Positions 20,451-34,000 of a stretch of DNA of 64,000 bases are shown in pieces (position 1 is the first letter of the stretch; every line of letters begins with the position of its first letter). This DNA comes from Nitrosopumilus sp. (lineage in GTDB: Archaea > Thermoproteota > Nitrososphaeria > Nitrososphaerales > Nitrosopumilaceae): assembly GCA_965218785.1 (NCBI GenBank), contig OZ244650.1, forward strand, positions 928,001-992,000, written 5' to 3'. The notes below the pieces were generated by a model, which was not told the DNA's origin, ran no database searches, and was given only the letters and a program-made list of their open reading frames with translations. The position numbers and the translations under genes are program-made.

Positions 20451-21058
20451 TTGGCAAATCCTATTTGAGTCATTTCTTATTGGTGTTTTGTATCTGATAA
20501 GAACTAACTATATGAAGAAAAACGAGATTCAGATGGTACTGAGATTGTCCCATCTGGAAAAAAGATAGTTTCCAAGAAAAAAACAAACAAAATCATTAGA
20601 GCAAAAAAGACGAAATCTATGACCCATGGGAATCAACCTGCACAATGAATTCCTCAGGTAGATACATTGGATAATGAGTTTGTACCTATTTGACTCAACT
20701 CTGAAGACCATAACATAATGGAAGTTTTTCCGATCATAATCCCAAATATCTGATCGCTATCAACTCATAAATTCCTGATTCATCTCGTCTAAGATCAATT
20801 ACTTATAAACAGAACATCCATTATTTATAAACAGTTGTATATTGTATGGCAATGTTGTCAGATCCGGCAGATCGCATATGCATTCGATCATCTTGATAAT
20901 GCAATTATTTATTATAAAACCATGAATGAGAATTCCAAGCAGTAACACACTGTATTATTTCCTTTCAATCAAATGTACAAATGATAAATTACTCTAGGTT
21001 TGCCGATTGAATCAAATTCCAGACAGAAGACACTAGACAGAAGATTCAAGATTCTTTC

Positions 21059-21154
21059 CATCCACAACATCATCCACAACATCATCCACAACATCATCCA
21101 CAACATCATCCACAACATCATCCACAACATCATCCACAACATCATCCACAACAT
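21059..21154. repeat. Eight perfect tandem 12-bp repeats (CATCCACAACAT), intergenic VNTR
   Basis: Counted directly; one degenerate copy near 21383-21400. Confidence 0.95.
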
Positions 21155-22076
21155 GGGAAATCTGTTTGTCTCAGAAAGAATGGTGGATGAAAATCCGGCA
21201 TCCGTTGATATTTTATTATTAAAAATTGCAAGTCCCGTGTGATGTAGATCGAACACGAAAAAGAACAGATTATAAATTATATGAATTGATATTGATATCG
21301 CACAAAGACAAATTAAAACGGTGAGTCACATGTGTTTGGATATAAATTACAATGAGTCGTTCTACTTACAAACTAATTATTCCATCATCCTCAACATCAT
21401 CACCATAAATATTCATGACTTCAAATGTTTGATGATTTGTTTGAATTATTTTTTTAGATTCGCATAATATTTTGTCAGATCCGGCATGGATGACAGTTCA
21501 CTGCCAATCAAGCAGAAAAAAGAATCTAAAATTAATCTGTTCAATCAAAACATATCCAATGCGCCACGAGTTAATCAATCTGATAGAGTTTACAATTATC
21601 AAAATGATCAAGAATTGTATTCTCATAGAAAAACTTGATTGAATTATAATTCCAAACACTCTAGAAGATATTTGAAATTAAAAATCACATGAAATCATTA
21701 GAATATAGAATCATGTGTCAATTTGTGTGTCTGTGTATCATATTGCAATCTATTACAATTTGATGATTGGATGGGTGAGGAATGCGAGAATTGTAAAGAG
21801 ATGCTTTGTTGTTAGACCTGTTGAAAATTATTTTTAGAAATATCTTGTCCGACCTCATTAGATCCGGACTATCCAAAATATTTGATTCGTGCCTATCTTC
21901 TTTTCTATCAAACCACAATATAGATAAACTCAAAATGAATTCATCATTTGTAACATGTATACTTACAGATACGTTAAATCAGCTGATGTTGTATGGAATG
22001 TAGAAAATAAAAGGAGGTGAAGGTTAAAGAATGAATTGTAACCATATCATGCATATTTTGTTCTTTATCTGATACT

Positions 22077-25000
22077 TTGAGGTTTACATTCACTGCAATT
22101 TATCTGGCAGTAATTCTCATATCTGTCGGACTGCCGGTATCGTCCGATGCACATGCCCAGACGACCTATGACATATCCAATGGGGAGTCAGTTGCCCTTC
22201 CAAATACCGGCTACAAGAACAGCCTGATACATCTTACTGGCAACTATTACGTCTCCTCCCACACTGTCGGAATTTCTAGTGGAGGGAACCTAAATTATGA
22301 TTACGAACTCAGACTGTACCGCATAATTGACGATGACATCACCATGATTCACAGCCGTGCTTTGTCATCATTCGGTCAGGCAACTCCGGGTGTCTCTCAA
22401 AATTTTCATCCGCTCTCCATCTCCCTTACGCGCATAGATGATGATACAGTTGCAGTCGCACTTCCATCCGGTGGATTCACTGATGACGATGGTATTAGAA
22501 CCGGTGCCGGATCATATATTGTCACAGTTGATATAGATACCACTGCCGAAAATCCCCAAATATCGATGGTTAACAAATTTGTTAATTATGGAATGGCCCC
22601 CAGCTACACACTTAATCCGTCCCTGGTAGCACTTGACGAGAATAGACTGGTACTGGCACACTCACATCCGCACAATTCCCCCTCTGGTTCTCTGAATGTT
22701 TTCAGAATTGATTCGGGTACAGGTGACCTGGCTAGAGACGGCCCTGTTACTCCGTTTGATCCTCCACAACAGGGACGATACTCTTCGATGATAAAACTCG
22801 ATGATGACACCGTGGTAGTTGCATACAGGAGTAGTGGTGCCGATGGAGTCATAAGAACATTTGACATTGGAGAAGGTGCCGACTCCCCGGTTACACAGAA
22901 TGCCGAACTAAGACACGAGTCTGGCAGGATATCATTTAACTCACTTGTCCGCGTGGATGCCGATACTGTGGCCCTTGCATACTCTGAGATTGGTGATAGT
23001 AACAGGGCAGATGACGGGTCGGGGCATCTCAAACTGTTTGATATTTCAGCAACAGACGGCAGCATCAAGCAAAGGGGCAGTACCCTGACATACTATGATG
23101 GGGCAGCACCCGCACCCCTGGATCCCGACATACACCACAACTCGCTTGTACTCTTTGATGCTGACACCCTGGCCCTCGCATACAGGGGGGAGTCAGGTTA
23201 CGGCTTTATTCGGACGTACGACATAACTGCAACGGACCTGATATCAAATGGCGAACCATTTGAGCATGACCAGGCAAATGGCGCCTTTAACGCGCTTCTC
23301 AAAGTAGACGATGACACACTAGCACTCGTGTACAGCGAGGATTATCCTGCCAGCATAGTCGGCAGCACATCCACTGCCAACACAATAAAAATACTTGATG
23401 TCGTAAATCCCAATGCCGGCAGACCTGCCGTAACCATATCTGCTGACACCCCCAATGGCAGCACGTACGGCACTAGTACCATATCCTACACTGCCACCTT
23501 TACAGAGATCGTAACCGGCTTTACCATGGATAATATCGTCATATCCGGAACCGCATCCGTAGGATCGCCCCCCGTATCAAACTTTGCAGTATCCGACGCA
23601 TCATACACCTTTGATGTGCTGACCACTTCGGATGGTACCCTCACAGTATTCATTCCCGAAGGTGTTGCAACAGATAATACCAACAACACAAACACGGCAT
23701 CCAATGAATATACCGTTACAGTGGCAGATACAATACCCGGTGTGAGCAGAGTATCTGCAACAGGCGACAGTACATATGACACAGGTGACGTCATTTCAAT
23801 TATCGTAACATTTGACGAGTTAGTAAGAGTAACAGGAAACCCTCAGTTATTACTGGATATTGGCACTAATGGCGCAACTGCAGTTTATTCCTCCGGTTCG
23901 CCTGGAACTTACATGACGTTCCTGTATACCGTCCTTGCAGGGGATAACTCCGCTGATCTAAATTATGTCAATGTAAATTCGCTGTCATTAAGCGGCGGAA
24001 CCATCAGATCCGCTGATGATGGCGCGACTGCCAATCTGAGGCTTCCTGCAACCACTCTTGATAACTCCCTTGGGGGCTCTGATGTAATAGTCGATACCAT
24101 ACCTGCCGTAGTCATAACTAGTAGCGATATAGATAATGGAGGTACCACACACTTCAACACCATATCCTATGTTGTCACTTTTACAGAGACTGTTACAGGC
24201 TTTAATAATGCATCTGATATCACACTATCAGGTAATGCGACTGCGACAGTATCTGACCCTGATGGAACCGGGGGCACTTACACCTTTGATGTGACTGCCA
24301 CCGATGACGGCACTGTCATTGTATCAATTCCTGCAGGTAAGGCAATTGATACGGCAGGCAACGGCAATGACGCCTCAAACACGCACACAGTTACAGTTGA
24401 CACCCAGTCCCTTGAGATACTCTCCGCTGTATGGCGGGATCCCGACGAGTCTGATACTTTCTTGTCAGACGGCGACGAGCTGATTATCACGTTTAACCGT
24501 AATACTGACATGGCGGGATCTAAGACGTTATCCAGATCCGAACTTGATGCAGTCTTTGTGTTTGGTGGATCACTTGGGACAGATTACACCGGTGTATGGT
24601 TTGATGCCAGAACGCTTGTAATTACTGTAATTGACTCGACAGGAGGTGATGCTGTGATAGGTGATACCGTCTCGGCATTTAGGGGAACCACATACATACG
24701 CAGTCTTGATACCACGGGCGGAGCAGCATTCTCTAATCCTAACAGTGTTGGTACAAACTCCACGGGACACGTCTTTGTTGGAGATACTTTCATCCCTCTC
24801 CCTACTGAAGATGATGACATCAACAGCCGCGTCCAGATATTCCATCCCGACGGAAGTTATGCCGGCGTCCCTAACACCACGGGCGGAGCAGCATTTTCCC
24901 GTCCTGAAGGCATTGCAACAAACTCCACGGGGTACACCTTTATCGCAGACAACGGATCCAACCTGGTCCAGATATTTGATCCAAGCGGGGTGTATGCCGG

Positions 25001-28000
25001 GGTGCTTGACATCGCGGACGGTCTGATGTTCCGGGAGCCTGCCGGCGTTGCAATAGGTAAGGATGACATGATCTACGTCAGCGATGTTGAGCAAAGCACG
25101 CGAAATATCGATGACCGGCGCATCGTCCAGATATTTGATCAGGATGGGACGTATGCGGGAGTGCTTACCACCACTGTTACCACCGAATTTGATGTTCCTA
25201 TATCTGTTGCAACAAACTCCTTGGGGCACGTCTTTGTGGCAGACCGTGGCAATGACAACATACGCATATTTGATTCAAAGGGGGAGGTAAACACCTCCAA
25301 TATAGATACCACCGGTCCGACCGGACTCTCGACCCTGCGTGCCGTTGCAACAAACTCCACGGATCACCTCTTTGTGGTGTATAACAACAACAACAACAAC
25401 GGTGTTGATACAGTCCAGATATACACTGCCTCCGGCGTGTACGAGGGGGATCTGTCCTTGGGGGACGATGTGAGTCTTGGAACCATATCGGGGATTGCAG
25501 TGGGCTCTGATGATAAGATAATCATCTCTGAGCGCTCAAACAGCGACGTGCACATCTTTGGTCACCAGGTGCTGTACTCTGATGCGGGATTGCGGCAGTT
25601 TGAATCTGAGGCTAACACCTCCGGGAACTTTGGAACGCTTAGTACGGCAGTATCCATATCATCTGATGTGGATAATGGCGCCACCATCGCAGTTACCCCT
25701 GTAAGATTCAATGTGGAATTTAGTGATCCCGTGACGGGCTTTGATGTATCTGATATTTTACTATCTGGTACGGCAGATGCGACTGTTACTGTGTTGTCTG
25801 GAAGCGGCACCACGTACATCTTTGATGTGGTTACCAGCACTGACGGTACGGTCATAGTGTCAATTCCTGCTGGTGCCGCATTGGATGCGGCAAACAGCGG
25901 CAACGCGGCATCTAATGCATACATCTTTACCGTGATGGATATCGTGCCGGTTGTAACCGGCGTATCGGCTAAAGACGGTGTATCGGCTAAAGACGGTGTA
26001 TATAACGTAGGTGATACCATTGATATTACTATTATATTTAACGTGCCAGTAACTGTTACTGGCTTCCCGCAGTTATTCCTGGATACTGGCACTAATGACG
26101 CGGCTGCAGCCTATTCCCACGGTTCGCCTGGAACTGACATGATATTCCGGTATACCGTCCTTGCAGGGGATAACTCTGCTGATCTAAATTATGTCAATGT
26201 ACGTTCGCTGTCATTAAACGGCGGAACCATACTTGCTGAAGATGGTGGCGCGGCTGCCAGTCTGGCACTTCCTGAAACCACTCTTGATAACTCCCTTGGA
26301 GGCTCTGATGTGATGCTGATTACACCCCCAACTGTCGTCATAACTGCTAGTACCACTGATGGCGGTACACAAGACATCAACACGATATCATATACTGCTA
26401 CATTCAACGAGGAAGTGACAGGTTTTGATATGTCAGATATAACGATATCGGGATCCGCATCAGGAGGTTCCCCCGTCATATCAAACCTTGCAGGAACGGG
26501 TAATGTATACACCTTTGAGGTGGCAGTTACCTCTGATGGTACAGTCACAGTATTCATCCCACAATCCGTGGCAATAGATGCGGCAGGCAATCAAAACAGG
26601 GCATCCAACGAACATACCATTACCGTGGATACGCTACCCTCCGTAGTCATAACTACTACTGCTGCATCTGATGGCGGCGTCACAACATCCAACACGATAT
26701 CATATGTTGCCACTTTCAGCGAGGTCGTGATAGGCTTTGATATGTCAGATATAACGATATCGGAATCCGCATCAGGGGACCCACTAGTGGCATCAAACTT
26801 TGCAGAAATCATCCCCGGTGTCTCATATACCTTTGAGGTGTCAACTGATTTGGATGGTACAGTCACAGTATTCATCCCACAATCCGTGGCAATAGATGCG
26901 GCAGGCAACCAAAATACGGAATCAGACAGATACACAGTTACAGTGGATGCCACCGCACCGAGTGTGACTGGAGTATCTGCAACTGGTGGTTTCTACAACG
27001 AAGGTGACGTCATTTCAATTACCGTAACATTTGACGAGTCAGTAAGAGTAACAGAAAACCCGCAGTTATTACTGGACATTGGCATTAATGGCGCAACTGC
27101 AGCCTATTCCCCAGGTTTGCCTGGAACTGACATGACATTCCTGTATACCGTCCTTGCAGGAGATAACTCCGCTGATCTAAATTATGTCGATGTACATTCG
27201 CTGTCATTAAACGGCGGAACCATCACATCCGCTGATGGCACGACTGCCAGTCTGGCACTTCCTGCAACCACTCTTGATGACTCTCTTGGAGGCTCTGATG
27301 TAATAGTGGATAGTATCGCGCCAACTATAGCCATAACTGCCAATACCATTAATGGCGGTACACAAAACATCCGCACTATATCATATACTGCTACATTCAA
27401 CGAGGTCGTGACAGGTTTTGAGATGACAGATATGGAGATATCCGGAACTGCATCCGGAGGCTCACCCGTCATATCAAACTTTGTAAAAACGGATAATGTA
27501 TACACCTTTGAGGTGGCAGTTACCTCTGATGGTACAGTCACAGTATCCCTTCCAGAAAATATGGTAGCAGATACGGCAGACAACAGCAACACTGGATCCA
27601 ACGAATATACCGTCACAGTGGCAGATACTCCATCAAGTGTGACCGAGGTATCTGTAAAAGGAGATGGTCCCTACAGAGAAGGTGACGTCGTTTCAATTAC
27701 CGTAACATTTGACGAGTCAGTAACAGTAACAGGATTCCCGCAGTTATTACTGGACATTGGCATTAATGGCGCAATTGCAGTTTATTCCCACGGTTCGCCT
27801 GGAACTGACATGATATTCCGGTATACCGTCCTTGCAGGGGATAACTCCGATGATCTCAACTATGCCGATGCAAATTCACTGTCATTAAGCGGCGGAACCA
27901 TACTTGCTGAAGATGATGACGCGGCTTCCCGTCTGAGGCTTCCTGCAACCACTCTTGATAACTCCCTTGGGGGTTCTGATGTAATAGTCGATACCATACC

Positions 28001-31000
28001 TGCCGTAGTCATAACTAGTAGCGATATAGACGATGGAGGTACCACAAACTCCAACACCATATCCTACGTTGTCACTTTTACAGAGACTGTTACAGACTTT
28101 GATGAGGCATCTGATATCACACTATTAGGTGATGCGACTGCGACAGTATCTGTCCCTGATGGAACCGGGGACACTTACACCTTTGATGTGACTGCCACCG
28201 ATGACGGCACTGTCCTTGTATCAATTCCTGCAGGTAAGGCAACTGATACGGCAGGCAACGGCAACACGGCATCCGACGTATATGCCGTTACAGTCGATGC
28301 GGACGTACCTGTTGCAACTTTTATCGGTTCGATTGGCAGTTCCGGTCCAGGCAACAACCAGTTTAACATTCCAAGAGGAGTTGCAATAACTGCCACAAAC
28401 ATACTGGTTACAGAAGCCGGCAACTCCAGGGTACAGATATTTGATCTGAATGGTAACTATCTCAGCGAGTTTGGCAGTGGCGGTGACCGTGATGGTGATT
28501 TTAGACTTACAAACGGAATTACAACGACCTCCCAGCATATACTTGTGACAGACTCCTTTAACCATCGCATACAGAGATTTGACTTTGACGGTCAGTTTGT
28601 TGATTCGATTGGCAGCTCCGGTTCAGGCAACAACCAGTTTGACTTTCCAGCTGGAATCACGACAAACTCGACGCACATCCTGGTTGCAGATCGCGAGAAC
28701 CACAGGATCCAGGTAATTGATTTTGATCGCCTGTTTGTAGGCACGATTGGCAGTTCCGGCACAGATCCGGGCCGGTTTGCAAATCCCAATGGAATTACAA
28801 CAAACTCGACGCATATACTGGTTACAGAAGCCGGCAACAACAGGGTACAGATATTTGATCTGAAGGGTAATTACGTCCATACGTTTGGCAGTCCCGGCAC
28901 AGGTCCGGGCCAGTTTTCAAATCCCGATGGAATTGCCACGACTTCCACGTACATCCTGGTTGCAGACAGCGACAACCACAGGATACAGGTATTTGATCTG
29001 GATGGCAACTTTGTCCGTACGTTTGGCAGTTTCGGCTCAGGTCCGGGCCAGTTTAACTTTCCACAAGGAATCGCAACAAACTCGACGCACATCCTGGTTG
29101 CAGACAGCAACAACCACATGATACAGGTATTTGATCTTTCACCAACCGTAACCATATCTGCTAGTACCCCTAATGGCGGCATACACGATGCTCCAACTGT
29201 ATCTTATACTGCAACATTCAGCGAGAATGTAACAGGCTTTGAGATATCTGATATAACGGTATCAGGATCCGCATCCCGGGGATCACCAGTCGTATCCAAC
29301 TTTGCAGGAAGCGGTGACACGTACACCTTTGATGTGGCAACTAATCCTGTCGGTACTGTCACAGTATCAATCCTTGCAAGTGTGGCCACAGATGCCCTGG
29401 GGAGCCCAAACAGGGCATCAGACGCATATACAGTTACAACGATTCCGCTGCCAGTTGGAATCTTCGTCGACGAATATGGCAGTTTCGACAACGATGATGA
29501 CGGGTTTAGATCCCCCTTTGGAATCACGACAAACTCGACGCACATCCTGGTTGCAGACAGAGACAACAACAGGATACAGATACTTGATCTGAGTGGTAAT
29601 TTTCTCAACACTATTGGTAGTGGCGGCTCAAACCCTGGCGATTTTGATTTCCCGCAAGGAATTGCAGTAACCTCCACGAACATACTGGTTGCAGACAGCG
29701 ACCGCCACAGGATACAGATATTTGATCTGGACGGCAACCATGTCGGCCGGTTTGGCAGTTCCGGCACAGACGACGGCGAATTTACTTTGCCCATAGGAAT
29801 CACAACAACTCCGACAACCATACTGGTTACAGACAGCTCCAGCAGGATACAGATATTTGATCCGGAGGGTAACTATCTCAGCAAGTTTGGCAGTGTCGGC
29901 ACTGACTTTAACAAACTTTTCAGTCCCAGCGGAATTGCAGCAAACTCCACACACATACTGGTTGCAGACAGAGGCAACAACAGAATACAGATATTTGATC
30001 CGGCAGGTAATTTTGTCAGCACGATTGGCGGTCTGGGGAGTGACTTCGGCGAGTTTGACCGTCCCGAAGGAATAGATATAAATGATAACTTCATATTTGT
30101 TGCAGACAGTAACAACAATAGGATACAGGTATTTGACACTGATGGCAATTTTGTATATCAATTTACCAGTTCCAGTTCATCTTCTGGCATGGGTGATGGT
30201 GAGTTTAATCGCCCCTCTGGAGTTACGACAAACTCTACACATATGATAGTTGCAGACACCGGCAACCACAGGATACAGGTATTTGATCTCTTTCCCCTCG
30301 TAACGCTATCTGCCAATGTTATCAACGGCGGCATTATACCCTCTGCTACCATATCTTATACTGCCACCTTCAGCGAGGACGTGACAGGCTTTGATATATC
30401 TGATATAATGGTATCAGGATCCGCATCCCTGGGATCACCGGCCGTATCCAACTTTGCAGGAATCGGCAATACATACACCTTTGATGTGGTATCTGATTCG
30501 GATGGCACTATTAGAGTATTAATCCCCGCAGGTGCTGCAACAGATGCGACAGGTAGTAACAGTCAGACATCTGTTCCATACACGGTTACCGTGGTTTTAC
30601 CCTCCATAATCATAACTGCCCCCACCGATGATGGCAACACGCAAAAATCCGACAGTATATCCTACACTGTAACTTTTGCTCTGCCCGTGACAGGCTTTGA
30701 GGCATCAGAAATCCTGGTATCTGGAACAGCGTCTGGGGGCTCGCCTGTCGTATCCAACTTTGCAGGATCCGGTAACACGTACACCTTTGATGTGGTGACT
30801 ACAGGCGATGGCACAGTCACAGTATCAATCTCCGCTGGTGTTGCAATGGATGCTGCAGGCAATCTAACCATGGCATCCAATGAATACACCGTTATAGTGG
30901 ATACTGCCATACCAATTGGAGTTTTTGTCCAAACGATTGGCGAGTTTAGATCCCCCGCAGGAATCGCCACAACCCCCACGCACATACTGGTTGCAGACAT

Positions 31001-34000
31001 CATCTACGAAAGGATTCAGGTATATGATCTGAACGGCAAATTTGCCTACGAGTTAGGCAACGGCAATCTTAAATTACCACACGGAATCACGACAAACTCC
31101 ACGCACATACTGGTTGCAGACTCTGGCAACCACAGAGTACATGTATTTGATCTGAACGGCAATTATCGCAGCCAGTTTGGAAGTTCCGGTTCAGGTGACG
31201 GCCAATTTGTTATTCCACAAGGAATCACAACAACCTCCACGCACATACTGGTTGCAGACAGCAGCAACCACAGGATACAGATATTTGATCTGGATGGCAA
31301 CTACGTCAGTAAGTTTGGCGAATTCGGCTCAGTCGGCGGCAATTTTAATTTTCCCCAGGGAATCACAACAAACTCCACGCACATACTGGTTACAGATCGC
31401 GAAAACCACAGGGTACAGGTATTTGATCTGGGTGGCAACTACGTCAGCGAGTTTGGCAGTTTAGGCTTGGATCTGGGTCAGTTTAACCGTCCAGATGGAA
31501 TTACAATCAACAAGGGATACATACTGGTTGCAGACAATAATAACAACAGGATACAGGCATTTGACACTGATGGTGGTTTTCTCAGCACACTTGTCCTCTC
31601 TGATCCGGAGATCGGCGCGTTTAACAGTCCTAGTGGAATCACGACAAACTCCACGCACATACTGGTTGCTGATGCTGGAAACCTCAGGGTACAGACATTT
31701 GATCTTTTACCATACGTAGAACTGTCTGCCAATACCCCCCACGGCGGCACACAAAATATTAAAACCGTATCATATGTGGTGACATTCGACGAACCCGTGA
31801 CAGACTTTGAGATATCAGACATACTGGTATATGGAACGGCATCAGGGGGCGCACCTACAGCATCAAACTTTGCAGGAACCGGTACCACATACACCTTTGA
31901 TGTTGTGACCATCTTGGATGGAACAGTCATAGTATCAATTCCAGAGTCCGCGGTGATGGATACAGCTGGTAATGTCAATGCAGCATCTGACACATACGAC
32001 GTTACAGTCAGATCTAACACGGCATCCTTTGATTCTGCCGGAACCACATCTGCTACCACAGTAGCAGTCCGCACGTCTGAAGAACTCTTTGGAGTGGCGG
32101 ATTTTTTAAACTTTGAGATATCTGGCAACACGGTATCTGCTGCGATAATATCTGACCGTACCATAGCACTTACCGTGGATACGGAGATAACATCTGAGGA
32201 TATGCTTACCGTATCCTATAAGGGCGACAACATACTAAACAGTCTGGATAACATCCTTGTACAATTTGAGGATAAACCCGTGACAAACAACGTGCCAGTT
32301 ATTCCAGAAACCTCTTTGCCCCTTTCAGATAACTACCTAAGACACACCATGACGCATGTAGGCGGACAATATTACGTGTCAGGACATAATAGCTTGCGAT
32401 ACGTTGATGACAGCCTAGAATATGATTATCATATGAATCTGTACCGCATAACTATTGATGGAATCCAACTAGAGGACACCGTCCAGCTGGAAATGGATCC
32501 GATAATAGTAAACCCCCCTGAACTGTCGGATACCAACCCGCCATTTCCAGTCTCTTTTGCACCAATAGATGAAGATACGTTTGTAGCTGTGTATGGACAT
32601 AATCAAGCATTAAACGTGTTGACATACGACATAATGTTGGTTACAGGCACCACTGATGATGCGGAGCTTGTTCCTTCGATTTCCAAGGTGAGCCTGGATA
32701 CCGATGTGACCCCGTTTGATCCATCTCTTGTAAAATTCGATGATGACACGCTGGTACTTGCATATGCCGGCAGTGCAGGAGACGGGTATATCACGGCCAT
32801 GTCTGTCTCGCAAACGGCCATAGAATTTGTAGGCTCGCCCCTGGAACATGATCCAGATCAGGGACGGTACAACTCGCTTGTAAAGCTGAATGATGATACC
32901 GTGGTTCTGGCATATATGGGACAAAATGCCGACGGCCACATCAAGACATTTGATATTGGGACAGACAATACGATAATTCAGACGGATTCCCTTGAGCATA
33001 ATGAAACCGGAGACGTATCGTACAACTCGCTTGTAAAGGCAGATGATGATACCGTGGTTCTGGCATATACAGATTACAGTACTAACAGCGGACATTTAGT
33101 TGAATTTGACATAGATGACGACGGTATAATCACATCACCACGTGCCCCCCTGACGTATGTTGCCGTGGATAATACCGCACATGTCCCAGAGCGCCAGCAC
33201 TTTAACTCTCTTGTATTGGTGGATGATGGCACCCTGGCCCTGGCATACAGGGGTGCAGATGGCGACGGTTTTCTCCAGATATTTGATATGAGCAGTACTG
33301 GTCTGACTGCAAGGAATATTCTTGAGCATGACACAAGTTATGGTGCCTATAATGCCATGGTCAAAGTCAACCGTTCCACACTGGCACTTGTATACGGGGA
33401 AGCCCAGCGTGCAGTTGACGATCAGAGTCAGGTATCAAGTGCGATCAAGACACTCCAGGTTTCTGCAATTACAAATCTCCGCATCGAAATATCTGACTCT
33501 CCGACAATAACTGATGCCGCATCACTGCAACTGCACATTACCACCGCTGACACACTCACCATATCTGATGCCGTAACTGGCATGGGCAGTGTCGAAACAT
33601 CCGACTCTCCGACAATAACTGATGCCGCATCACTGCAACTGCACATTACCATCTCTGACACACCTGCCATATCCGATACCGTAACTGGCATGGGCAGCGT
33701 CGAAACATCCGACTCTCCGACAATAACTGATGCCGCATCACTGCAACTGCACATTACCATCTCTGACACACCTGCCATATCCGATACCGTAACTGGCATG
33801 GGCAGTACTGACACATCCGACTCTCCCGCAATAACTGATGCCGCATCACTGCAACTGCACATTACCATCTCTGACACACTCACCATATCTGATACCGTAA
33901 CTGGCATGGGCAGTACTGACACATCTGACTCTCCCGCAATAACTGATACCGTATCACTGCAACTGCACATTACCACCGCTGACACACTCACCATATCCGA

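Noticed and set aside
20239-21154. 21-bp and 12-bp arrays as CRISPR
   Set aside because: Direct tandem units without unique spacers; no cas genes in the window.
21059-21154. TCATCCACA within the 12-bp repeat as DnaA boxes or a replication origin
   Set aside because: The context is archaeal (Orc1/Cdc6 system); no orc1/cdc6 gene or ORB motif seen.
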